From Patescibacteria group bacterium (GTDB lineage: Bacteria; Patescibacteriota; Gracilibacteria; UBA1369; PNNO01), in assembly GCA_042568205.1 (NCBI GenBank), contig JBHPJE010000004.1, forward strand, positions 1,280 through 65,279: 64,000 bases of DNA. The letters are read 5' to 3'. The translations under genes were made by a program, and so were the position numbers. This document shows, in pieces, positions 24,646-34,800 of the stretch (position 1 is its first letter; the number at the start of each line of letters is the position of its first letter). The notes below the pieces were generated by a model that searched no databases, was not told the origin of the DNA, and worked only from the letters and a program-made list of their open reading frames with translations.

Positions 24646-25331
24646 TCTTTTGCTTCAGGGTCCTCAATATCTTTCAACTCTTTTTGTTTTAAAACTTTAT
24701 CTGCTACTTTTTCCATAATTCCACTTAAAAAGAACTGGCTGAAATCCTTTAAATCTTCATAATTAGCTTCTTCTTTATGTTTTTCAAGATAATCTCTTAA
24801 TATAAAAGCACATAATTGAACTAAAGGTAAAATAACATGCTTATCTGAATCTAGTGCAGTCTGTAATAACTTATGTGGATTATCCAAAGCCGATGAAAGA
24901 ATGCTTTTAAGCCAATCGTCAATCCTAACTTTCAGCTTAACTGGAAGGAGTTGATCTTTATCCATTGTTGCAAGAGACATCTCTTCAATATCTTTAGATT
25001 TTTCAGGAGCTTTTAAAAGAGTCTTGCTTTCATCTTCATTCAAAACATCCTCATTTCCTAACAAAACAATACTTAGGATAAAAATTGAAGGTATATTTTG
25101 TTCTAAAAGACGCGCAATTAGTAACATGATATCCTTTTTTTGATGATTTTTAACAAATCTAAGAAGAATCTTTATAAGTTTTTCTTCCTTTTTACGTACT
25201 TTCTGCTCCCCTTTTTGAATAGCTTTAATCTGAGCTTGTGCAGCTTTTATTCGCTCTTTAAACTTTTCAAATGATGCTTCATCTACTCCACCAGAGTCAT
25301 CTACACCACCAAAAATTTCAAAATCACTCAT
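24642..25331 (-). CDS. hypothetical protein (229 aa)
   Basis: ORF co-directional with and 3 nt downstream of the 85-aa membrane gene. One hydrophobic segment IPSIFILSIVLLG. Confidence 0.65.
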   Translation of the reverse strand: MSDFEIFGGVDDSGGVDEASFEKFKERIKAAQAQIKAIQKGEQKVRKKEEKLIKILLRFVKNHQKKDIMLLIARLLEQNIPSIFILSIVLLGNEDVLNEDESKTLLKAPEKSKDIEEMSLATMDKDQLLPVKLKVRIDDWLKSILSSALDNPHKLLQTALDSDKHVILPLVQLCAFILRDYLEKHKEEANYEDLKDFSQFFLSGIMEKVADKVLKQKELKDIEDPEAKD

Positions 25332-25334
25332 ATA

Positions 25335-25592
25335 TTATGATGCACTACCTGGTGCAATTAAATTATATATCCATGCAAATAATAGACCACCAATTAATCC
25401 ATCAATAAATCCCCAAATTAAACCAGCAACAGCTCCCTGTAAACTAATTTCATAATAAGGATAAACACCGATCATAAGTTCAGCAATGTGAGTTAAATAA
25501 TTAGCATAAAGTGCTAATAGGGTCATAATTAAAAAACCTAGGCCTGATAGAATTCCCATTGCAAGCCCAACTGCTTTAGGTGAAAGCTTCAT
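25335..25592 (-). CDS. small integral membrane protein (85 aa)
   Basis: Three hydrophobic helices (GLAMGILSGLGFLIMTLLAL, GAVAGLIWGFIDGLIGGLLFAWIY). Downstream of rpmA on the same strand. Confidence 0.6.
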   Translation of the reverse strand: MKLSPKAVGLAMGILSGLGFLIMTLLALYANYLTHIAELMIGVYPYYEISLQGAVAGLIWGFIDGLIGGLLFAWIYNLIAPGSAS

Positions 25593-25610
25593 TTTGGAAA
25601 GGGTTAATTG

Positions 25611-25901
25611 TTATTTTGATGATTTTTTTTCAAGGATATTTATAAAAACATCTTTGAATTTTCTACCATCATATTTTGTAGTCTGTTTTTCAGTGAATTT
25701 AACTTCTCCTGTAGTTAATGCGAAAAGAGTGTGATCTTTCCCCATTCCAACTTTATCACCTGCATGAAATTTAGTCCCTCTTTGACGAACTAAAATGCTT
25801 CCTGCACTTACTACTTCACCACCAAATGCTTTTACTCCCAGCCGCTTCGCCACCGAATCACGACCGTTCTTGGTTGATCCTCCTGCTTTCTTCTTAGACA
25901 T
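25611..25901 (-). CDS. rpmA: 50S ribosomal protein L27
   Basis: [45 protein letters not shown] is the canonical L27 sequence pattern. Confidence 0.95.
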   Translation of the reverse strand: MSKKKAGGSTKNGRDSVAKRLGVKAFGGEVVSAGSILVRQRGTKFHAGDKVGMGKDHTLFALTTGEVKFTEKQTTKYDGRKFKDVFINILEKKSSK

Positions 25902-26062
25902 ATAAAAAAATTATTAATTTAAGCATGATGATTTTAGTTGAATTATAGCTGAAATGCAAGAGAAAATGAGTTTCTTAACCAAAGGACTTTGGTTAAGAAA
26001 GGACTTTGCTAGAAAAAGTCCTTTGCCTCTCCCAAACCCCTTTAAATAAGATTAAAAATAGT

Positions 26063-26082
26063 GTATAATATATAGATAAAAT
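26063..26082 (+). promoter_or_regulatory. candidate -10 promoter block GTATAATATATAGATAAAAT (second identical copy)
   Basis: TATAAT at 26064-26069, upstream of the ATG at 26104. Identical 20-mer at 271-290. Confidence 0.4.
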
Positions 26083-26103
26083 TGCGCTTAGATAAAACAA
26101 AAA

Positions 26104-27579
26104 ATGAAAAAAATCACAAACACGCTTAAAGGAAAAATTGGGATATTAACAATCTTTGTATTGGTGCTTCCGCTTGTAACTGTTTATGCAGAAGATGCTC
26201 CGGAAGATGAAAAAGTGCCAGTTGAAATTTCGCAAAATACTAAAAATCAGCAATTTTTACTACAATTAAAGCATCAGCTTCAAAATTCTAGAAATGATTA
26301 TTTTCAGATTGGTAAAAGCGTTGATGATGCAAAAGAACGATTGCTTGAAACCGCAGATTCAATAAGCCTTCTTAATAAGCAATTAGCAAATTTTGATTAT
26401 CTAATCGGGAATTCTCAAGCAAAAATTGTAAATGTCCAAAAGCAGATTGCTCAAAAAAGAAATCAAATTTCAGTAATAAAAGAAGATATTGATATTAAAA
26501 AAATCGAACTTGAAAATCAAAAACTCCTTCTTAAAGATTATCTTAAGCTGCTTTATTTACAAGAAAACGATTTCTTTGATAAAGCTGGAAATGCCGATAT
26601 TTCTGCTTCAAAACTTCTTTTAGGTGACGCATCAGTTGGAGACTCTTTTAAGAAAATTGAATACTTTAGCATCCTTGAACAAACAGGTCAGAATATTTTC
26701 ACTAAACTCGACACTATCAAAGAAGAATATCGAGTAAAAAGGACTGAGCTGCAACAAACAAGGCAAAAATTAACAAAGCTTGATGTTGATCTAAAAGAAG
26801 AGCAAAAAACTATGAAGCTTCAAAAAAATGCTAAATATCACCTGCTAAAACAAACAGAAGGTGAAGAGGAGATTTATAGAGAGCTAATCGCTCAATCAAA
26901 ACGTGAACAGCTAGAAATTATTCAGGAAATAAATGTTCTCAAGCAAAATCTTTTATTTGTTCAGGAAAAAATTGCAGAAGATGGTGAGAATTTCAATCCA
27001 GATAATTATCAGGATCTAATAAATCCAAATATCAGAGCGATTTATGATTTTGAAATGGCTGCTGAATTTGCAACGGGTGAAAAACTTAATTGGCCGGTTG
27101 AGCCGACTCGTGGTATTTCTGCATATTTCCGCGATTCTTCTTATAAGGCGGTGTTTGGAATTCCGCATAACGCAATTGACATTCCTATTCTTCAGGAATC
27201 TTCAGTTAGGGCTCCTGCTGCGGGTGTTGTTTATAAGGTTAAAGATAATGGTGATAACTCGTATGCATATGTGATTATTGCCCATAAAGGAGGCCTGCTT
27301 ACTGTTTATGGCCATTTAACTGAAATACTTGTTGATGAGCGTGATATTGTGCTTCCTGGCGAAGTTATAGGTCTTTCTGGTGGTATTCCTGGCACAAAAG
27401 GAGCAGGATATTTAACTACAGGGGCACACTTGCACTTTGAAGTTATTAAAAATGGTGTTCATATAAATCCATTATTCATGCTGGATTTAGAGAAACTGTC
27501 AGAAGATTATATTCCAGAATCAATGAAAGAAAAAGAGGATGAAGAGGAAGAAGTTGAAAGTGAAGAAGAAAAAGACTAA
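26104..27579 (+). CDS. M23-family murein endopeptidase with long N-terminal coiled coil (EnvC-like architecture)
   Basis: Signal/TM, ~280 aa coiled coil, then M23 motifs HNAIDI (HxxxD) and GAHLHFEV (HxH). Acidic C-terminal tail. Confidence 0.85.
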   Translation: MKKITNTLKGKIGILTIFVLVLPLVTVYAEDAPEDEKVPVEISQNTKNQQFLLQLKHQLQNSRNDYFQIGKSVDDAKERLLETADSISLLNKQLANFDYLIGNSQAKIVNVQKQIAQKRNQISVIKEDIDIKKIELENQKLLLKDYLKLLYLQENDFFDKAGNADISASKLLLGDASVGDSFKKIEYFSILEQTGQNIFTKLDTIKEEYRVKRTELQQTRQKLTKLDVDLKEEQKTMKLQKNAKYHLLKQTEGEEEIYRELIAQSKREQLEIIQEINVLKQNLLFVQEKIAEDGENFNPDNYQDLINPNIRAIYDFEMAAEFATGEKLNWPVEPTRGISAYFRDSSYKAVFGIPHNAIDIPILQESSVRAPAAGVVYKVKDNGDNSYAYVIIAHKGGLLTVYGHLTEILVDERDIVLPGEVIGLSGGIPGTKGAGYLTTGAHLHFEVIKNGVHINPLFMLDLEKLSEDYIPESMKEKEDEEEEVESEEEKD

Positions 27580-27606
27580 AGTTAGAGTAGTTCTTAACTT
27601 TATGTT

Positions 27607-28023
27607 ATGGCTACTCATACTGAGTATTTAATGTTCAATACTAAAGATCGTTACGACACAGTTCATATAACAAATGAAGTGGCGGATATTGTTGCAGAAA
27701 GTGGGATTGTCGAAGGGATGTGTCTTGTTTCTGCTATGCATATTACTGCTGGTGTTTATGTTAATGATTTAGAAAGTGGTTTGATTGAGGATATTCATGA
27801 ATGGCTTGAAAAGCTTGCTCCGTTTGGTGAAAACTATCGACATCATCAAACAGGTGAAGATAATGGAGATGCTCATTTAAAAAGAATTTTAATTGGTCAT
27901 CAGGTTATTATTCCAATAACTGAAGGTAAAATGGATTTAGGTAGATGGGAGCAGATATTTTATGCTGAATTTGATGGTCGTCGTAAAAAACGTGTAATTG
28001 TTAAAGTAATGGGAGAAAGATGA
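27607..28023 (+). CDS. YjbQ/UPF0047 family protein
   Basis: Family-typical [26 protein letters not shown]...[36 protein letters not shown]. Confidence 0.8.
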   Translation: MATHTEYLMFNTKDRYDTVHITNEVADIVAESGIVEGMCLVSAMHITAGVYVNDLESGLIEDIHEWLEKLAPFGENYRHHQTGEDNGDAHLKRILIGHQVIIPITEGKMDLGRWEQIFYAEFDGRRKKRVIVKVMGER

Positions 28024-28652
28024 AAAAAAATGCATACGAATATTTCGATAGATTAAGCAAAATGTATCCAAATCCAAAATGTGCATTAAATTTTAGCAGT
28101 GCCTGGGAACTTTTGGTTGCAACTATTTTGAGTGCTCAATGTACGGATAAGAGAGTAAATTTAATTACTCCCCAATTGTTTAAAGAACTTCCAACAATGC
28201 AAGACTACATTGATGTTGAACAAGGGCATCTTGAACAATTAATTAGATCAAGTGGTTTCTTTAGAAATAAGGCAAAAAACATAAAGGCAGCTGCAAAAAC
28301 ACTGGTTGAACAATTTAATAGTACGGTCCCTGATGAAATGGATGATTTGTTAAAGATTCCTGGGATAGCCAGAAAATCTGCAAATGTGCTTTTATTTGTT
28401 TGGTTTGGTAAAAATGAAGGAGTAGTTGTGGATACACATGTAAAAAGGCTCTCAAATCGCTTAGGACTAACGAAAGAACAAAATCCAGTAAAGATAGAAA
28501 GAGACTTAATGAAACTTTTTAAACAAAAGGATTGGGGAATGTTTTCATACTATCTTGTAGATCATGGGAGAGCGCTTTGTAAAGCCCCTACTCCAAAATG
28601 CGCATTGTGTAAATTGAATGATATTTGCCCAAGCGCAAAAAAGTACCTTTAA
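28020..28652 (+). CDS. nth: endonuclease III (DNA glycosylase / AP lyase)
   Basis: [19 protein letters not shown], HhH region [17 protein letters not shown]-terminal Cys cluster [21 protein letters not shown] overlap with the upstream gene. Confidence 0.9.
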   Translation: MKKNAYEYFDRLSKMYPNPKCALNFSSAWELLVATILSAQCTDKRVNLITPQLFKELPTMQDYIDVEQGHLEQLIRSSGFFRNKAKNIKAAAKTLVEQFNSTVPDEMDDLLKIPGIARKSANVLLFVWFGKNEGVVVDTHVKRLSNRLGLTKEQNPVKIERDLMKLFKQKDWGMFSYYLVDHGRALCKAPTPKCALCKLNDICPSAKKYL

Positions 28653-28717
28653 ATTGTAACGAAAGGCATCAAAACTGGTTAAATATTAGGAGAAAACAGT
28701 TAACCTTTATTTTTGTT

Positions 28718-30589
28718 ATGAGCTCACCAGAACAACAAACACATACAACCATTGAAGAGAGTATTTTTGAATCAATAATGCCAATAACTGATCGAGAGGT
28801 CAGAAAAGCCATTATTAGAAGAAAATGTGCTGAACTTGGTAAAAGTTTGGGCTTCGAAGAAGTGCAAGGTAAAGTATTAGCTCAGTATTATTTTAAAATG
28901 TTAGATATTGATCCTGAAAGAGCAGATAAATTTTGGGAAGCATTATACAACCTGCATTACCATGCTACTGACCCTGTTGCAACTAAACAAAATTTAACAA
29001 TACTTTCAGGTTTAACAACTGAGTCAGGTTTAACTTATTTGTGGAACTTAGCCCAAGGAATTATTAGAGGTGAATATGAAGTTTTACATGGTGATATAAT
29101 GCCTGGAACAAGATGCTATTTTCTTTATTACAGAGCAGATGCAGAGGATCAACGTAAAAATCCTAAAAGACATGCTTCATTAAAAACAGCTAGAGAACTA
29201 GTAGATGGAATAGTTCTTACTAAACCACCTCTTGGTCTTAGAAAACAAGATTTTGTTGGGCTTAGCAAATATGAAACCGATCAATTTAGAGGCATTTGCA
29301 AAACAATAGGTAAGCATATTGATGTACTTTTAAATGCAAAAGTAGAGATTGAAGATATATTTGAATATTTTGAATGGATTAAAAGTAAATTAAATTCAAT
29401 TATTAAAGAATTAGGTGTTTCTGAAGAAATCAAAGCAAGATATCAAATATTTGTTGATTCTGTTGTTGTTAATTATTTAAGTGAATTGTATGATTATGCA
29501 TCTGATATGAGTGAAAAAGAACAAGAGAATGAATTTGTAAGAGATATCATGAACGAATCTTTTGTGATCTTTAATGGAACAGTAGACGATGACCATATTG
29601 GGATTCCACCTGTTGAACGACTTCGAGCTGAATGGAGCAGTCTTAAAACTAACTTAACTGCTTTTCATCAGGATCCACAAAATGCAAATGATGCAATGTT
29701 TGGGACTTCAGCTAATAATAACGCTTTAGATCAAACAGTATTTTTTGTGGGAGGGGCAACACCAGTTCTGGGAGAACCTATTCCTACAAAATCTCAAGAG
29801 CAAGCTCCATCAGATCGTAAAAAAACACAGTTTGGTTTCCCAGCTTACAGGGGAGATATATTAGAATCCAAACATCATGACGAGCCTGTCCCAGAGAAAG
29901 TTAAAGCTGTTGCTCCACAAATGATAGGAACTCCAAATGCGCAACCAGAACCTACACCTCAGCCTAAACCTACACCTACTCCTCAGGTAGTTGCTGCATC
30001 TGTACAAGATTCACTTAAAGGAACAAAACTTGGCATGACTACTTTAACAGATGAAGTACCAATTATCACTAAATCTGAACAAGGTAGTGAACCTCTAGCA
30101 GCCCAAGTTGAAGAGAAGACTGTAGTTCCAGAAGAATCCCTACAATCTCCTACTGCTTTATTTGAAGAAATAAGGGGGAAGATGCCTTCATATAAAATAA
30201 AGAGTAAAATGCGTGCGTATATTGCAAAGCAGGGTATAATTCCTAGATTGGATAATTATGAGAAAGAGTTAAAAACATTTTTAAATGGAGTTGAAATTTC
30301 TCAAATATATTCAGATTTGGAAGAAGTTCTTAGAAGAGCAACAGATCCATTATATATAATCCAACAGAAAGCTGAAGAAATTAGAAATAGATTAGATGAG
30401 TTGAAAAAAAGGCGAAAAGAATTTACTGGTGGATGGTGGTCAATATCACTTAGAGGCCTAGGTAAGAAGGGAAAAGGCGTAAATCAAGAAATGACAGAAT
30501 ATTTTGATCAAATAGATTCGGTTATCGAAGAATTGTGGGAAAAGGAAATTACGACTACGTTAAACAAATTTGCTAAACAATATGCTTAG
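28718..30589 (+). CDS. hypothetical protein with Pro-rich linker (623 aa)
   Basis: ATG at 28718 (MSSPEQQTH) avoids overlap with nth. PEPTPQPKPTPTPQ linker. No catalytic motif. Confidence 0.65.
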   Translation: MSSPEQQTHTTIEESIFESIMPITDREVRKAIIRRKCAELGKSLGFEEVQGKVLAQYYFKMLDIDPERADKFWEALYNLHYHATDPVATKQNLTILSGLTTESGLTYLWNLAQGIIRGEYEVLHGDIMPGTRCYFLYYRADAEDQRKNPKRHASLKTARELVDGIVLTKPPLGLRKQDFVGLSKYETDQFRGICKTIGKHIDVLLNAKVEIEDIFEYFEWIKSKLNSIIKELGVSEEIKARYQIFVDSVVVNYLSELYDYASDMSEKEQENEFVRDIMNESFVIFNGTVDDDHIGIPPVERLRAEWSSLKTNLTAFHQDPQNANDAMFGTSANNNALDQTVFFVGGATPVLGEPIPTKSQEQAPSDRKKTQFGFPAYRGDILESKHHDEPVPEKVKAVAPQMIGTPNAQPEPTPQPKPTPTPQVVAASVQDSLKGTKLGMTTLTDEVPIITKSEQGSEPLAAQVEEKTVVPEESLQSPTALFEEIRGKMPSYKIKSKMRAYIAKQGIIPRLDNYEKELKTFLNGVEISQIYSDLEEVLRRATDPLYIIQQKAEEIRNRLDELKKRRKEFTGGWWSISLRGLGKKGKGVNQEMTEYFDQIDSVIEELWEKEITTTLNKFAKQYA

Positions 30590-31878
30590 TTAGCACTGCT
30601 TTTCTCAAAACTCAGAATAAACAAATAAACAACTATTCCGGTCAGAATCAATCCAAATCCTCCAAGAACTATCATTGTTTCTATTTGAGATAAAAAGAAT
30701 ATGCAAGTTAGAAATCCAAAAAATGCTAATATTGGCATTTTCCCTAAATTTAGAGGCATTTTGAATTTTCTCTCAACTTCTGGCTGTTTAAATCTTAATG
30801 CAATAACTACAAGATTGATAACTGCAAATGTTATAAATACAGTGAAATTAGTTAATTCTGCAATTAATCCAACATCACTAATAAAGCTGAATAAAATTGC
30901 TAATCCCATAACAGTCCAAATTGCAACATGTGGTGTTTTTCTTTTCTTATGTACCTTACGGAATGGTTTTAGAAGCTTGTAGTATCTCGATATTCCATAT
31001 AAAGTTCTTGAACCAGTAATTAAACCAATTAAAACAGTATTTCCAGTTGAAAATAATGCAATAACTGAAATTGCAATGAAAGCATTATTACCAAGAACCA
31101 TCTCTGCGACAGTCGCAAGAGGAGCGCTTGAAGCAGCTAAAACCTGCCAATCTAAAACACTAACAGCTGCAATAGCAACCATTAAATATAAAGCAGTAGT
31201 GATTCCAATAGAAAGTAATAAAGCCAAAGGGATTGTACGTCTTGGATTTTTTACTTCTTCAGTTAATTTAATCACACTTTCAAATCCTAAAAATGCAAAA
31301 AATACTAAAGCTGATGCTTTAAATACACCTTCAATTCCATGAGGCATATCAAGTAGTGCAACATCTTGTCCGTAAAAGATCCCTAATCCAATAATTACTA
31401 GTAATCCTATTACTTCTAAAGAAGTAAAAAGTACATTGGTCCAAGCTGATTCTTTTATACTTCTATAATTAAGTATTGAGAATAGAATTATAATAACAAT
31501 TGAAACAAGAATTGTATTATCAAAATTAAATAAAGCAGAAAAATAACCTGCAAAACCTGTTGCAACAGCTGCCGATGCAATAATGGCACCTAGTAAAACA
31601 AAATATCCTATAAAAAAGGCTAAACCACGGCCAAATGCTTCTTTGGTATATTTATATTCCCCTGCATCATCCGGAAACATTGATGAAAGTTCAGCATAGG
31701 CAAGCCCTGTCAATAAAGCAACAACAGCAGAAAGAATGAATGCAAACCATACAGCATTACCTGCTGTAGCAGTTGCTTCACCGATTAAAACATACACTCC
31801 AGCACCTAATATCAATCCTACTCCGATTGCAGTTGCATGAAATAATCCTAATTCACGTTTTAAAGTTGGTTGATTCAT
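30586..31878 (-). CDS. APC-superfamily amino acid permease
   Basis: About 12 hydrophobic helices. N-terminal GLFHATAIGVGLILGAGVYVLIG pattern is typical of amino acid/polyamine transporters. Confidence 0.8.
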   Translation of the reverse strand: MNQPTLKRELGLFHATAIGVGLILGAGVYVLIGEATATAGNAVWFAFILSAVVALLTGLAYAELSSMFPDDAGEYKYTKEAFGRGLAFFIGYFVLLGAIIASAAVATGFAGYFSALFNFDNTILVSIVIIILFSILNYRSIKESAWTNVLFTSLEVIGLLVIIGLGIFYGQDVALLDMPHGIEGVFKASALVFFAFLGFESVIKLTEEVKNPRRTIPLALLLSIGITTALYLMVAIAAVSVLDWQVLAASSAPLATVAEMVLGNNAFIAISVIALFSTGNTVLIGLITGSRTLYGISRYYKLLKPFRKVHKKRKTPHVAIWTVMGLAILFSFISDVGLIAELTNFTVFITFAVINLVVIALRFKQPEVERKFKMPLNLGKMPILAFFGFLTCIFFLSQIETMIVLGGFGLILTGIVVYLFILSFEKSSAN

Positions 31879-34800
31879 AAGTTATAGTTACGATATCCTA
31901 ATTCTGCAACAAATGCAGCTGTGTCTTTAATTCCAAATAAGAATTCGCTTCTTTCAGCATCTTGAAGAGTGTCGAAAATCAGTTCTAGAAGTTCAGAATT
32001 TACCATATTGAATCCTGAATATTGATTAATGTGATCTATTGCACTTGCAATATACAACATTCTTGCATCCAAGGCAAAAACTTCGGCTCGTACTGCCGGA
32101 TTATCTGCAAATGTGAATCTTGCAGGGTCATTTAATCCTTCACAAGTATAAGTTGCTGCTAAAGTTCTGACATTTAACTCATTGTTTTCGAAATCAGGTG
32201 AGTTAACAAGATCTTTTGGTAAACAAACATCAGCCACAATTCTGAAATTCACTACAAACGGGATATATGGTGTATACCAAGCGTCCGGTCTTGCATCATA
32301 ATAGTAAGCCAACGGATCATCAACTATATTTCCTGTATGCAATTCAGCTACTATCGCTTCTAAATCTGCAGCATTTACAAATACTTTAAGGATTTCAGCA
32401 CGAGTTATAAATGAGTTCCATTCAGCGTATCCGATACCATCAGTATGAATTCTTCCGTCAATAATTCCTTCATCATAAGCCTTATACATAACATTTAGAA
32501 TAAATTCTAAATCTTTGTCTTTAACCCATTCTCTATCCAAATGATCATCAGGCAATTCACGTGGGAAGTCAGGGAATTCAGGTCTTGCACCTGCAATATT
32601 ACCTGCATTAATTCTTTCTTCAGTCGTATAAATCGGTATACAGAAAGAAGTAAGAGCCATTTTTACAGTTTCGAACCTATTGGTAAAATCTAAAGGTCTA
32701 ATTGTTGTATTTTCAGTAGATTCATCACCATAATAAGAACCATCTCCACTTATAATATATTGTTTTGGCGAACCAATTCTATAAATCTTACTTAAGAAAT
32801 TCACATAATCTGCAGGCCAACCTTCATTATCTTTATAATTTATTGGTCTACGGTCGTTATATTGAAGACAAGCTTCCGGAGCAGCTTCCTGTAACTCTGG
32901 TTCAGGAGTTGGCTCAGGATCTCCTCCACCAGGACCATCATCATCGTCGTCATCATCATCGTCACCATGAGGCCTATCTTTATCAAAAAATACTGGGATA
33001 TTATTATTTATAATAATTGGATCTCCAGGTTCTAAATCAAATGTAGAGTAATAACCAGTACATGCATTTGAAGATAAGAATCCAGTGTTTCCTACTTCAC
33101 TATTTCCTAAATTAACAGGATTTGGACTTGCAGTAGGATCAAATGCTGGTGGATCTAACTTATTACAACTAGGATGTAAGAAATATCCTACTGGAGTAGT
33201 AACTGTCATTGTATAAGTTCCAGGAGTATCATCAGTTACCCATTTATAGTATCCTGCTGAACCATCTTCTAAAATCGTAACAACGCCAGGCCCAGTTACA
33301 CTTATCCCTCCACCTGCGATTATTTTTCCATCACTCAATTGATAGAAGTATCCCATTGGATTGTAATCTAAATATTCCGGATGAGTATCACCATCAACAT
33401 CATCATCAGTAGGATCATTATTTCCATTTAAATCTTCATCAATTGTATCAATTAAATCATCGTCATCATCATAATCACGCCAATCTCTTACATTATCAGA
33501 ATCAAAATCCTGTAAAGGTGCATTTGAACCGATTTCATTAAATGGATCTCCGATAGGTAATGTGTCATAAGCATCATCCAGCCCATCATTGTCACTATCA
33601 CTCCCTGTTGGAGTTGTATCTGCAATACCATCAAAATTTACATCATGACCTTCAATCAAATCAGGCACAGTATCATTATCAGTATCGAGATCTAAATAAT
33701 CAGGGATCAAATCTGCATCTCTATCAACCGGGAAGATTAAGAATCCTCCATTATCTGGGTCATAAGCATCATCAAGTTCATCACCATCGGCATCTAAACC
33801 AGTAGGAGGAATATATGAACCTTCTGATTGTCCTTCAATATTATCTACAATCCCATCATCATCAGCATCAATATCTAAATAATTTGGAAATCCGTCTGAA
33901 TCTGTATCTGGACATCCTATAAAAGGAGGCGCTCCAGGACACTCTACAATATCTCTTATTCCATCTCCATCATCATCAGAATGAGTATCAAAAAATCCGT
34001 AATCAGCATTGTTATAATCCTGGCCTATACCTAAAACTATTAGTTCAGGAGCAGGATTCCCACCTGTTTGTATAAAATTAGTTAAAATTCCACCAGTATC
34101 AGTAATATCTACCCAATAATTAGCAGGGCTTAATGTTAAAAAGTCATATGCACCTCCACCAGAGGTTGTTTGACTCAAAAGTGCAACTCCATCAGCACCA
34201 CCTGGTTGAAAAATGCTATCACCATTATCTAAATATAAATCAACAGTTACACCATCTAAACCAGGTTCTCCTCCATCCTGAACTCCATCACCGTCTACAT
34301 CATGCCAAATAAAATCTCCAAGACTCGAACTTGCAGTAATATCTACTAAATAATCTTCAACTTCACCGTCAGGAGCAGGCCCAATAAATGGCAATCCACC
34401 AAGTGTACTAAACCTAAATCTTGCATACGTAGCACCAGGAGTTGCTGTTAATGGTATTGGTGCAGGCAAAACAACTGAATTAAGTCCTGGAACAACCGGT
34501 GTATTTACCAATATTTGATCCCCAGGAGTTGCCCATGAACCATCTGCATTCATATCAATCCATGCATCTATTGCACCAGGAGCTGAAGCAACGATATCAA
34601 TTGTTGCAGGGCTTCCTGGAACTAAAGGAGTTACAAAAGTAACACCATCTTCATCATCAGTTCCATCAAAGAAATCATCTCCTGATGCTAACGGATCAGG
34701 TTGTCCATCAGGTTCAGAATCTATTAATGTTCCTAAGTACATACCAGGAACAATTGTATGAACAGCACCTGTACTTGCAATTAGGGTAGGATAGGTTGGA

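Noticed and set aside
25902-26103. AAAGTCC word suggested RNase P RNA
   Set aside because: Only a 7-nt match to the conserved GGAAAGUCC region. The intergenic space (~200 nt) is too short and lacks the other conserved regions.
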